A stretch of 64,000 bases of DNA, from NCBI GenBank assembly GCA_040954595.2, contig CM082592.2, positions 2,545,462-2,609,461 of the forward strand, read 5' to 3'. Below are positions 1-11,900 of the stretch, piece after piece. Position 1 is the first letter of the stretch. Every line of letters starts with the position of its first letter. The stretch is from Balanoglossus misakiensis. Taxonomy: Eukaryota > Animalia > Hemichordata. A program made the position numbers and the translations under genes. The notes beneath the pieces are model-generated. The model searched no databases. It had not been told where the DNA came from and worked only from the letters and a program-made list of their open reading frames with translations.

Positions 1-177
1 CCCCCTCCACTTTTCTTGTTTTACCGATTCTAGCAACTATTGTATTGACTTGTCATTTTAATTTGTTCATAGATTTCTGTATTGCAATGATATACTATTA
101 TATACTTCAATAATACTTAAAGAAGTATATAATTGAGGTGTGAGGAGCCTCATTCCCTTAATTGCATACAGTGTACA

Positions 178-358
178 TAGGATCAGGACGGCGAATGTTT
201 TCGGCGTGGGGGGGGGGGGTCATCATATTTTTGGGTCTGTCAAAGGGGGGGTCATCATTTTTTGGTCCTGGGTGAAGGGGGGGTCGGCCTGATTTTGAGA
301 ACCGATGACACAAACTTGCCGCCCCCCCCCCCTGCCGTAAAAACTGAACGGTCCCTAA
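178..358. mobile_element. Short MITE-like remnant with G-runs, one recognisable terminus
   Basis: Ends in TGAACGGTCCCTAA and has internal GGGGGG(G)TC repeats, resembling small invertebrate MITEs. The left terminus is not clear. Confidence 0.35.
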
Positions 359-425
359 GGGTTACATATATAAGTAATCAAATGAAGCTAAAACACAAGA
401 AATCTGATTTATAAGATTATTTTAC

Positions 426-632
426 CTGTAACCCATTGCAATTTTATGTATAAAAAATCTAGGCATATTCCAGTTTTTGCTTTGGATTTACAAAAAAGTA
501 ACATCATTGCGTAACATTCCAACCAAAACAACTGATTTCTTTTAATTTTGCACTCAAAAATGATATAGGGCCTACTTGGTATTCTGACAATGTACCCTCT
601 GAGAACAAAGCTGTCATTGTCAGTGATCACGT
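426..632 (-). other. Putative internal exon of an unidentified minus-strand gene
   Basis: On the minus strand, ctgtatAG|acgtg...ttacag|GTaaaat brackets 207 nt with one open frame (VITDNDSFVLRG...WVT). No protein family recognised. Confidence 0.35.
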
Positions 633-1368
633 CTATACAGCAATTATTAATTTAGAACCAGGAAGACTCGGTTCGTCCAGGTGATAAATCGCGTAAGATT
701 CCTCAGCTATCTTGATAAAAGGTCCGTCCTTATAAATGCCGCTGCATGGCGCTGACGAAATCATTTTAAAAGTAATAATATATTTGTCGGTGATGACTTC
801 CCACCAGAAATTAGAGAGGCTAGAAAGAAATTATTCATTAAATTCCGGACATGAAAAGCTTCGCTCGTGGAGGCAGACTGCGATTAAATCAAATTTTATG
901 AAGCTGCAGTATAAACTACTTGTAGGATCTCTTGGCCCTACACGGACTCAATATCACGCCAAAACACTTGAGACACTCGTACTTGTATGTAATCCATAAC
1001 CAGGAATAAAGTTCGATGTTCTTTAATGCACACTGGTTTCCGAATGTTTACATAACTTTTGCGTACATACAGCGAAATACGGACAGCAAATTACGGTTCT
1101 AAATGAAATGGGAAAAAGGGAAAAATAGGAAACTCAAAGAAAGTACATTTATGCGTTGTCAAATACACAAAAGTAAATTCAATAAAGTTCTAAAAGGTTC
1201 GAAAGTCTCGATGAAATAAACGTGGCTGCCACGCCCAAGAAACTACAAAATGCTGACGTGGCCGTAGTAATGACACGTCGGGAATTCACAAACAGCTTGC
1301 TTGAAATTCCACGAAAGTTGCGTCCAAAAAACGGTATGCGAAATAATTGACAAACTTGACTCGCTTAC

Positions 1369-1760
1369 CTCAGATAGTGACGCCTTTGGGGTGATACCGA
1401 AGCTGCTGACGTTGACTCAACGAAACGACAAAATTTAACCATACGTGTACGACGCTGAAACCCGCGTCCGTACAACACCACTTTGGACTGAGTGAGTGCG
1501 GACAAACTGGTACCGCTTCTTATATAAACCTCATTTACATAGCAGGTGGCATACAAAATGTCAGCCACCAATAGAAACGCAACAGTCAGCACTTACACTA
1601 CTTACTTGTATTCTGTGTTCAGACGGAAAGAAATTATAATCGACTGAGAGGAAAACTGCAGCGGTAATTGCTAGCAATTGCTCGGGTGTCACTTCGGCAG
1701 CTCAGCGCAACGAAGATTTACGTGTTTGTTCAAAGTTCAGGTCCTAAACAGGAATAAACA
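1369..1760 (-). promoter_or_regulatory. CpG-rich probable promoter/first exon(s) of the minus-strand gene
   Basis: Locally high CpG content and strong minus-strand donors: GAG|GTAAGC near 1368, GTAAGT near 1595 and 1605. Confidence 0.35.
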
Positions 1761-1957
1761 ATGTCATGTCCAAGCATAGTTTTTTCCTGTAAAGGGACAC
1801 ATAAAAATCTAAAAAAGTGTTGTCAAACAGAAAAAAAACGTAATTTTGGTGTATATGTTGCAACTGAGAACTAACTACCGGTACATGCACAGGGTACAGA
1901 GGAATAAATCGTGTTGTTTTTTGTTTGTTTGGTTGGTTGGTTGTTGTTGTTGTTGTT

Positions 1958-1975
1958 GACGATGATGATGATCAT

Positions 1976-2045
<70 letters not shown>

Positions 2046-2046
2046 A
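1958..2046. repeat. (GAT)n microsatellite
   Basis: Direct reading; it explains the poly-D/H/S ORFs in the track. Confidence 0.97.
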
Positions 2047-3263
2047 AATTAAAATTAAAGCTGCAAGCAGCGTTGGGGGGGCACAAGCGGTTCCCATGGT
2101 GACCAGCAAATGCCACGGCTGTATCTGCTGGAGATACCAAGATATGGGAAAGTAGGTCAAAGGTCACCTGAGGTCACCCCAAATTTGGGCAAAAAAATTG
2201 GACCCCATACTAGTCTAGATACAACAAAAAACCAGACCCCTAGCCCTATTGGTTCACCTGCAATTAGGTATGCACATAATTAATGAGGTCTTGTGTAAGA
2301 CTCCATTATGTGCTCAATACCCATAAAAGCCAGGGCTCTAACTGCTTTGGATGCTGAGATATGGGAAAGTAGATCAAAGGTCACCCAAGGTCACCCAAAA
2401 TTAGGGCATCAAATTTTGACCCCAGAGTGGCCCATGTCCAACTAAAACCAGACCTCTAGCCCTATTGGTTAGCCTGGAATTAGATATGCAGAAAAATGAT
2501 GTTTCAGAAATAGGTCAAGGGTCATTGCCAAAATTACAAAAATATTTGTGTCATGTCCTGGCAGCATTGGTACCCATGTCCACAAAATTCATGACTGTGG
2601 TGCTTTGACAAGAGGAGGTATGGGGAATATGCATATATAATTAGTTGTTTTAAAACTGGGTCAAAGGTCATGTGAAAATTGCCCCGAAAAATTGTGACAA
2701 CTTCCGGTCATATGATGACTCATATCCAAAAAAAGAATTTCCGTGCTGTCAACATTTTGGCTACAAAACAGAATTTTCATTTTTCAATGGTTTTCCGAAA
2801 ATCCAACATGGCCGCCATAATGATCGACCAATCACAGTGCGCTTCGCAAAATTGATAGACATAGGTTAGGTGACCACATACCCCGAATCCCGTGACTCGG
2901 CAATCGCTGGTTCTGGAGAAGAAGATTTTTAAAGTTTTAAGTAGTTTTTCAGAAAAACAATTGTAGCAAAAAAACGGTATGTGTGACGTCATGATTTCAA
3001 TTGGGTAAAATGATGGACGGAAGGTAGGCTACCTGCACACCAAATTTGAACTCGATCGGCCCAGTAGTTTTTGAGAAGGACTCGTTTAACGATTTTCAGG
3101 AAATCCAATATGGCCGCCAGGTCACGTGACTAATTAAATATTCACGAGCCACTGCACGTCTACTCATTGGCCCCTATCACCCTACGAAGTTTCAGCCCCC
3201 TAGGTGCTGCGGTTTTCCAGATCTACCTGGCCGAATTTTGGGGAAGAAGAAGAAGAAGAATAA

Positions 3264-4415
3264 TTAAAGCTGCAAGCAGCATTGTCCGGGCCCAAGCTCT
3301 ATTATCTGATCTGATGCTGATATAGTGTTAAGTAGGTCAAAGGTCACCCGAGGTCACCCAACATTTGAGCAAAATATTTTGACCCCATACTGGTCCATTT
3401 ATAACAAAAACAAAACCTCTAGGTCTATTGGTTCATCTGTAATTAGGTATGTGCATATTTAATGAGGTCAGCAGAGGTCAAAGGGGTCATGAAAAGTAGC
3501 AAAATTTTTTGATCACATACAAATCCACATACATCAAAAACCAAAATGATAGCCTTAAAGGTTAGCCTAGAATTAGATATGCAGAAAAATGATGCGTCAA
3601 AAGTAGGTCAAAGGTCATTGCCAAAATTACCAAAATATTTATAGCTTATTCTTGGCATATGATGATTCATATCCATAAAAAGAATTTCTGTGCTATCAAT
3701 TTTTAGGCTAGAAAGGGAATTTTTTCTTTTTAATCGTTTTTCACAAAATCCAATATGGCCGCCATAATCTTCGACCAATCACATTCCCCTTCGCAAACTT
3801 GATAGACATCTGTTTAATGACCACACACACCAAATCTTGTGACTCGGTTATCGCCCGTTCTGGAGAAGAAGATTTTTGAAGTTTTACTATGGTTTTTCGA
3901 AAATCCAATATGGCCGCCATAATCTTCGACCAATCACAATGATCTTCGCAAACTTGATAGACATCAGTTAGGTGACCACATACCCCAAACGGCGTGACTC
4001 GGTTATCGCTGGTTCTGGAGAAGAAGATTTTTGAAATTTTGACCAGATTTCAGAAAAACAACTGTAGCAAAAAAACTGCAACATTGACAGCAAAATATCC
4101 AATTACAAAAATGATGGGCAGAGGGTATACTACCAGCACGCCAAATCTTAACTCGATCTGACTTGTAGTTTCTGAGATCTGAGATTTGCATTTTTTCAGA
4201 AAATCCAATATGGCCGCCAGGTCATGTGACTAATTAAAAATTCATGGGTTCAATGCACTACTACTCATTGACCTTGACCACTGTAGCAAGTTTGAGAACT
4301 GTACCTGCAGTGGTGTCTGAGATCTAGAGCGACAAAGAAGTGAACCAAGAATAAAGAAAGAAAAACCCCAACGAAACCAATACGGGCCCAAGCCTGGCTT
4401 GGCTTGGGCCCGTAA
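3264..4415. mobile_element. E2: intact, uninterrupted non-autonomous Helentron (~1.15 kb)
   Basis: TTAAAGCTGCAAGCAGC...CGGGCCCAAGC at the left; ...AAAGAAAGAAAAACCCCAACGAAACCAATACGGGCCCAAGCCTGGCTTGGCTTGGGCCCGTAA at the right. It shows what an empty target site looks like. Confidence 0.85.
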
Positions 4416-7400
4416 TTAAAGCTGCAAGCAGCATTGTCCGGGCCCAAGCTCTATTATCTGATCTGATTATTAGATATGCACATAATTAATGAGTAGAAAC
4501 ATAATGCTGTGTTTTATCCCATGAAATATCAAGGTTATATCTATGTTTGGTGTTGATATAGTGTTAAGTAGGTCAAAGGTCACCCAGAGGTCACCCACAA
4601 TTTGGGCAGAAAATTTTGACCCAAAGTGGTCCATGTCTAACAAAACCCAGACCTCTAGCCCTTTTGGTTAGTCCGGAATTAGGTATGCACATAAATAATG
4701 CATAAAGCAGGTGTCACAGGTGACCCAAAACTTTGGCTTTTCATTATGGCCCCCATACCTCCAAATGCCAAGGCTGTACCTGCTTTGGATGCCGATATAT
4801 GCAAAAGTAGGTCAAAGGTCATCCGAGGTCACCCAACATTTGGGCAAAAAAATTTGACCCAATACTGGTTCATGTCCAACAAAAACCAAACCTCTAGGTC
4901 TATTGGTTCATCTGTATTTAGGTATGCGCATATTTAATGAGGTCCGCAGAGGTCAAAGGGGTCATGAAAAGTAGCGAAATTTTTTGATCGCATACAAATC
5001 CACATACATCAAAAACCAAACTTATAGCCCTATTGGTTAGCCTGGAATTAGATATGCAGAAAAATGATGCGTCAAAAGTAGGTCAAAGGTCATTGCCAAA
5101 ATGACCAAAATATTTATAGCTTATTCTTGGCATATGATGATTCATATCCATAAAAAGAATTTCTGTGCTATCAAATTTTAGGCTAGAAAGGGAATTTTTA
5201 CTTTTTAATCGTTTTTCACAAAATCCAATATGGCCGCCATAATCTTCGACCAATCACATTTACCTTCCCAAACTTGATAGACATCTGTTTAATGACCACA
5301 CACACCAAATCTTGTGACTCAGTTATCGCCGGTTCTTGAGAAGAAGATTTTTGAAATTTTACTAGGGTTTTTCGAAAATCCAATATGGCCGCCAAAATCT
5401 TCGACCAATCACAATGATCTTCGCAAACTTGATAGACCTCAGTTTGGTGACCACATACCCCAAACCGCGTGACTCGGTTATCGCTGGTTCTGGAGAAGAA
5501 GATTTTTGAAATTTTTACCAGATTTCAGAAAAACAACTGTAGCAAAAAAACTGCAACATTGACAGCATAATTTCCAATTACAAAAATGTTTGCCAAAAGG
5601 TAGTCTACCTGCACGCCAAATTTGAAGTCGATCTGACTTGTAGTTTCTGAGATCTGAGATTTGCATTTTTTCAGAAAATCCAATATGGCCGCCATGTCAC
5701 GGTCAAAGGTCATTGCCAAAATTACCAAAATATTTGGGGTAGGTCCTGGCAGGGGTGATACCAATGTGCACAAAAATCAGAACTCTGGTACATTTAGAAC
5801 AGGTAGAATGAGCTATATATGCATCCCTATAGGTTAGCCTGGAAATAGATATGCAGAAATAATAATGTGTGAAAAGTAGGTCAAAGGTCAAGTGAAAAAT
5901 CGCCAAAAATTTGTAACATATTTTAGTCATATGATGATTGATATCCATAAAAATAATTTGCATGCTATCAATGTATAGACTAGAAAAAGGAATTTCAATT
6001 TTTCACTGCTTTTTACAAAATCCAATATGGCCGCCATATTTTTCGACCAATCACAATGCTCTTTGCAAACCTGATAGACATCAGTGTAATGACCATACTC
6101 CCCGAATCTTGCGACTCAGTTATCGCCAGTTCTGGAGAAGATTGTTGGAGTTTTACTATGGTTTTTCGAAAATCCAATATGGCCGCCATAATCTTCGACC
6201 AATCACAATGGTCTTGGCAAACTTAGTAAAAATTGTGGCAAAAAAACTGGAACATGGACAGCATAATGTCCAATTACAAAAATGATGGGCAGAAGGTAGA
6301 CTACAAACTATTATGATTACACACTAATCCACATGCATCATTACACATGCAGTAGTTGAGGGCGAAATACAAAGTTAGAATGGACACATTATGTGATTGG
6401 TTAATTAGTCACAAGTGATGTGTGGATTGGTTGTAAATAGTTGAAAATTTTCATCTGAATCAGTGAAAGTTTTGACAGAGGTATTTGTTTGGCTATAAAC
6501 ATATCTTTATTTAAGTGAACAGATCTGTATATTACATTCATTAACTGTGAAGAGGATGTAGTATAGATATACCAATATATTGAGCTGTATAAACGGAGTG
6601 TTAACCCAACACGTCTATGGGGTATGAATCTGAAAGCAACTTCATCCTACGCACTTGAATCCGAAAACGAATCTGACTCCAGCAGAGGCGTTGACCTGAA
6701 TCCGGTGAGTAACACGTATACAATTACATGCAGTTTTTAAATGTGGTACGAATGAGAGAATCGGTGGTTTGAACGTATAATACTTGGTGATGTTGGTTAT
6801 GAAGTTGTTGTTTAACCAATGGTAGTGTGATTTTGTTTGTTTGTGAGACGATGGCAGTTTTGTAAGATGTTTTGTATTTTCGTCTCGAGCGAATTCCAAT
6901 ATGGCGGCTATCGTAACGTGTCGAGATTGCTTACTGTATGTAAAGAATCCATGGTACCGTAAGCATGCATGTTTTGGCAAATGTTATATATGTTGAGATG
7001 GTGGAGTTTGCTGGATTAAATAGAACAATTAGAGGCTGAGTAAATCAGAGTTTCTAGTGCGTTCCATTCAAGTTGAAATTACGAGATAAGCTTCTTTTTG
7101 CAGTCAATGTACAAATGATTATTTAGACTGGAAAGGGTTTAGGCAAGCGAATCTCTTGAGCGGAAGTGTAGAATTCGGGCGATCGGTGTGTCATGCGTAT
7201 GTTACGTACAAGCGTTGGTAAAGTATTATTTCTGGGATGTGTATTTGTAAAAAAAAATAAACTGTGTTATATTTATGGATTGGCTTTTCCAAATACGTAA
7301 ATACTGCATTTATTTCTGTGAATATTGTATGTTTATGTGATCAAAAGCCCAGGGGTTATCATTGTAATTTTTATCAGTTAAATCGATTTGTTTTTTGATA

Positions 7401-7883
7401 ATTGAAAGGAATTTTGCTTCAAATATTGAACAATCTGTGTGAGTACAAAACAGAAACATTGCTGGATTATTTGTTGTTTTAGTTGTTTGTAAAAATGTGG
7501 GGACAAGCGGAGAATTGGCCAAATATTTTTGGTGACCACTGTCTTTAGTGTGTATGCTTTCTGGTGGTGACAGGTGTGCCAAAACATAGACAATGGAATC
7601 TGGCAGGAGCATGAAAAGAACAGTTGACTTGTAAACATATTTTGATGCCATGAAACTATGTTGTGGGCAAGACAAGTTATGTTATCAATCTGTGGTAACC
7701 TGTATGTGCCATTTGCATGGAAACTGTGATCAAGATATGAATTTCTGAATATCACAAGCTTGGCAGTGAATTCATTGTTAATTGTTATCCTGTTTGTAGG
7801 CAATTGTATATTTTCATGTACTAGTTTAAATATACATTTAAAGTTAATTAGTTATTAATTATTATTTATTATTTTCTTGACAG

Positions 7884-7909
7884 ATTTTGGCTACCAAAGA
7901 GTTTTCAAG
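7884..7909 (+). other. Putative 26-nt 5' UTR micro-exon of the Helentron gene (copy 2: 32958-32983)
   Basis: Pyrimidine/AT tract-ttgacAG|...tcaag|GTGAGT. The next strong acceptor, tttgttccAG, directly precedes ATG 10327. Confidence 0.55.
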
Positions 7910-7964
7910 GTGAGTGTTGGTGCACAACAGTGCATAGTATCATAGATTAACACACTCAGGTGTG

Positions 7965-10050
7965 CATTCAGGGTCAGGTCTGAAGCCTTATTTGGTTGTA
8001 CACGGTGGATGTTGGGGTGTCCGTGTATTTGTTTATGTGTGTGCAAATTCATACATGTATGCCTATTGTACTTGGACTTGATATTGCTAACTGGTAGAAA
8101 TGGTTTTGAAGTGAAATTTTATTCACATTTGTCTGAGTACATTGCAACGTAAATGGGAAAATGTCGGGTCATTCAGGGTCAGGTCTGAAGCCTTATTTGG
8201 TTGTACACGGTGGATGTTGGGGTGTCCGTGTATTTGTTTATGTCTGTGCAATTTCATACATGTATGCCTATCGTACTTGGACTTGATATTGCTAACTGGT
8301 GGAAATGGTTTTGAAGTGAAATTTTATTCAGATTTGGCTAAGTACATTGCAACGTAAATGGGAAAATGTTTGGTCATTCAGGGTCAGGTCTGAAGCCTTA
8401 TTTGGTTGTACACGGTGGATGTTGGGGTGTCCGTGTATTTGTTTATGTGTGTGCAAATTCATACATGTATGCCTATCGTACTTGGACTTGATATTGCTAA
8501 CTGGTGGAAATGGTTTTGAAGTGAAATTTTATTCAGATTTGGCTAAGTACATTGCAACGTAAATGGGAAAATGTCGGGTCATTCAGGGTCAGGTCTGAAG
8601 CCTTATTTGGTTGTACACGGTGGATGTTGGGGTGTCCGTGTATTTGTTTATGTGTGTGCAAATTCATACATGTATGCCTATCGCACTTGGACTTGATATT
8701 GCTAACTGGTGGAAATGGTTTTGAAGTGAAATTTTATTCAGATTTGGCTGAGTACATTGCAACGTAAATGGGAAAATGTTGGGTCATTCAGGGTCAGGTC
8801 TGAAGCCTTATTTGGTTGTACACGGTGGATGTTGGGGTGTCCGTGTATTTGTTTATGTGTGTGCAAATTCATACATGTATGCCTATCGCACTTGGACTTG
8901 ATATTGCTAACTGGTGGAAATGATTTTGAAGTGAAATTTTATTCAGATTTGGCGGAGTACATTGCAACGTAAATGGGAAAATGTCGGGTCATTCAGGGTC
9001 AGGTCTGAAGCCTTATTTGGTTGTACACGGTGGATGTTGGGGTGTCCGTGTATTTGTGTATGTCTGTGCAAATTCATACATGTATGCCTATCGCACTTGG
9101 ACTTGATATTGCTAACTGGTGGAAATGATTTTGAAGTGAAATTTTATTCAGATTTGGCTGAGTACATTGCAACGTAAATGGGAAAATGTCGGGTCATTCA
9201 GGGTCAGGTCTGAAGCCTTATTTGGTTGTACACGGTGGATGTTGGGGTGTCCGTGTATTTGTGTATGTCTGTGCAAATTCATACATGTATGCCTATCGCA
9301 CTTGGACTTGATATTGCTAACTGGTGGAAATGATTTTGAAGTGAAATTTTATTCAGATTTGGCTGAGTACATTGCAACGTAAATGGGAAAATGTCGGGTC
9401 ATTCAGGGTCAGGTCTGAAGCCTTATTTGGTTGTACACTGTGGATGTTGGGGTGTCCGTGTATTTGTTTATGTGTGTGCAAATTCATACATGTATGCCTA
9501 TCGCACTTGGACTTGATATTGCTAACTGGTGGAAATGATTTTGAAGTGAAATTTTATTCAGATTTGGCTGAGTACATTGCAACGTAAATGGGAAAATGTT
9601 TGGTCATTCAGGGTCAGGTCTGAAGCCTTATTTGGTTGTACACGGTGGATGTTGGGGTGTCCGTGTATTTGTTTATGTGTGTGCAAATTCATACATGTAT
9701 GCCTATCGCACTTGGACTTGATATTGCTAACTGGTGGAAATGATTTTGAAGTGAAATTTTATTCAGATTTGGCTGAGTACATTGCAACGTAAATGGGAAA
9801 ATGTTTGGTCATTCAGGGTCAGGTCTGAAGCCTTATTTGGTTGTACACGGTGGATGTTGGGGTGTCCGTGTATTTGTTTATGTCTGTGCAAATTCATACA
9901 TGTATGCCTATCGTACTTGGACTTGATATTGCTAACTGGTGGAAATGATTTTTAAAGAAAATTTCACTCAGATCTGAGATTTGTCTGAGCACATTCTAAT
10001 GTGAATGCCAGAATGTTAGGTCATACAGGGGTCAGGATTTAAGCCTTATC
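7965..10050. repeat. 205-bp tandem repeat, ~10 copies, in the putative 5' intron of the Helentron gene
   Basis: CATTCAGGGTCAGGTCTGAAGCC recurs every 205 bp with few substitutions. Confidence 0.97.
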
Positions 10051-10326
10051 CTGTTTTCCAGCAGAAAAAAAGTGTGTCTGTGATACTTTGTGTGTATATG
10101 TGTCTATTTGTATACAAGCATGGGGATATGTGTGTATTATGTGTTGCTGTTGAATTACAACTTTGTTCGGACTTAGTTTCTATAAATCACTTCTGTCTGT
10201 TAAAAGTTCTACTACTTTTTACTGGTTATAATCACTAGTGATGTGATTTGATGAGAAGGTTATCTGAAGTCTGGTGGTGAAAGGATAGTAAAAACCTAAC
10301 TAGACAGTATATTTGCTTTGTTCCAG

Positions 10327-11047
10327 ATGCCACGCAGTAGATACTGGAGGAAGAAGAGGAGTCAGAAGAATGAAGATGCTGTTGTGTCTGAGGATCCTGT
10401 CCTCTTGAAAAACAGGATAGCTATAGAGCACAAAGAGGGGCCTGCCCTCTCTAAAAACAGGAATAGAAATGAATTCAAAGAGGGGCCTGCCCTCTCTAAA
10501 AACAGGAATAGAAATGAATTCAAAGAGGGGCCTGCCCTCTCTAAAAACAGGAATAGAAATGAATACAAAGAGGGGCCTGCCCTCTCTAAAAACAGGAATA
10601 GAAATGAATTCAAAGAGGGGCCTGCCCTCTCTAAAAACAGGAATAGAAATGAATACAAAGAGGGGCCTGCCCTCTCTAAAAACAGGAATAGAAATGAATT
10701 CAAAGAGGGGCCTGCCCTCTCTAAAAACAGGAATAGAAATGAATTCAAAGAGGGGCCTGCCCTCTCTAAAAACAGGAATATGGATAAAATCAGAAAAAGT
10801 GACATAGAAAATGAAAGTACAAAAGTCAACAATGAGATATTTGAGACTGAAAATCAAAGTGTTGATAAGACTGAAGGAAGTAATGAAATTCTGCTACAAC
10901 ATAGTCTTGACTATGATTCATCGGACGACCTATATATTGGTAGTGGAACAGAGGACAGTGTTTATTCATTCTCTCCACTTACTTCTGATGTATGTGAACA
11001 GCTGTGTTGCAAATTTGATATTGTAGATAAAAATAAAATTGATGTTT
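10327..11047 (+). CDS. N-terminal part of the Helentron protein, copy 1 (basic N-terminus plus 15-aa repeats), cut by a TIR insertion
   Basis: ATG follows a splice acceptor. It joins in frame to 11901 once the insertion and one TGTTT are removed. Confidence 0.8.
10432..10780 (+). repeat. 45-bp coding minisatellite, 8 units (KEGPALSKNRNRNEF/Y); copy 2 at 35506-35854
   Basis: Direct reading. Confidence 0.97.
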
Positions 11048-11895
11048 CAGGGTTCTCCACGCTTTGAAAATTAAGAGGGGCGGATAATTTACATAATATT
11101 AGCATATCATTTGCATAAAATTAACATAATGTTTCTTTGTATTTGTGGAATGCACCAGACAACGAAATCTCGATGTCCCAAAATATTTTGCTCTAACTTC
11201 ACAGAATTTCAAACAAAAGTCAAAGGAGTGACATTTTAAGATACAAAGGTATAAATATAAGTATGTAGACACACTGTCGAAAACACGGTCGCGCGCGTTC
11301 GACTGACCGCGACCGTGTGCGTACATCGCGTCCACAGCTCAATGCAGTTGGCTGGGTCCCCGATCGCGCGCGCGACCACCCGCTCTCGACATCGGCTCCA
11401 AAGTCGTTGTCACGGTCGGGATTACTAATGGCCTTGATCGGTATAAAATTGTAGTCAATGAAACCCCCAAAAATCGTAATCATTGTTGAAGTCGCTGTCA
11501 TGAAAATGTCCAGTGAAAAATTTGCCGTCTTCCGGGTTTACAAAGTGAAGGAAGGACGCATACTGTCAAAGGTCACGTAATTAGGTCATGTCGATAACAC
11601 CATCGTTTTTCTCTGGGCCGGTACTTTGAAATTGATCCGAATGTGTGAAACGGTTTCCATTTGCCATGCTAAGTGTTACTATGGTGCATGACAAAGTGTG
11701 AATGACCATTTTGTTCACGTCCACCCCCAAAAGACACTAGTAACACTATAAACCACAACGCGCGAGCTTTGTTTTCTACCGGGTAAAACAAAGGGGCGGT
11801 GTTGTCAAATGCAGGGGCGGCACATACGACAGAGGGGCGGCCGCAAAAAACAGAGGGGCGGGCCGCCCCTCAAAACCCCCCCGTGGAGAACCCTG
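11048..11895. mobile_element. 848-bp non-autonomous TIR transposon (hAT-like CAGGG ends, 5-bp TSD TGTTT)
   Basis: Perfect 14-bp TIR CAGGGTTCTCCACG / CGTGGAGAACCCTG; TGTTT at 11043-11047 and 11896-11900; subterminal GGGGCGG repeats. Confidence 0.93.
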
Positions 11896-11900
11896 TGTTT

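Noticed and set aside
1871-2167. Poly-Asp/His/Ser ORFs
   Set aside because: Translations of the (GAT)n microsatellite.
2672-6285. Short ORFs recurring in the element arms (MQISDLRNYK..., KIQYGRH...)
   Set aside because: Frames are not preserved between copies; these are non-coding repeat modules.
7965-10050. Series of 71-aa ORFs / possible CRISPR-like array
   Set aside because: Near-identical 205-bp units without unique spacers; the ORFs start at non-ATG codons and simply mirror the repeat.
11048-11895. Insert acting as a cleanly spliced intron (introner)
   Set aside because: No convincing donor or acceptor at the TIR ends in the sense orientation.
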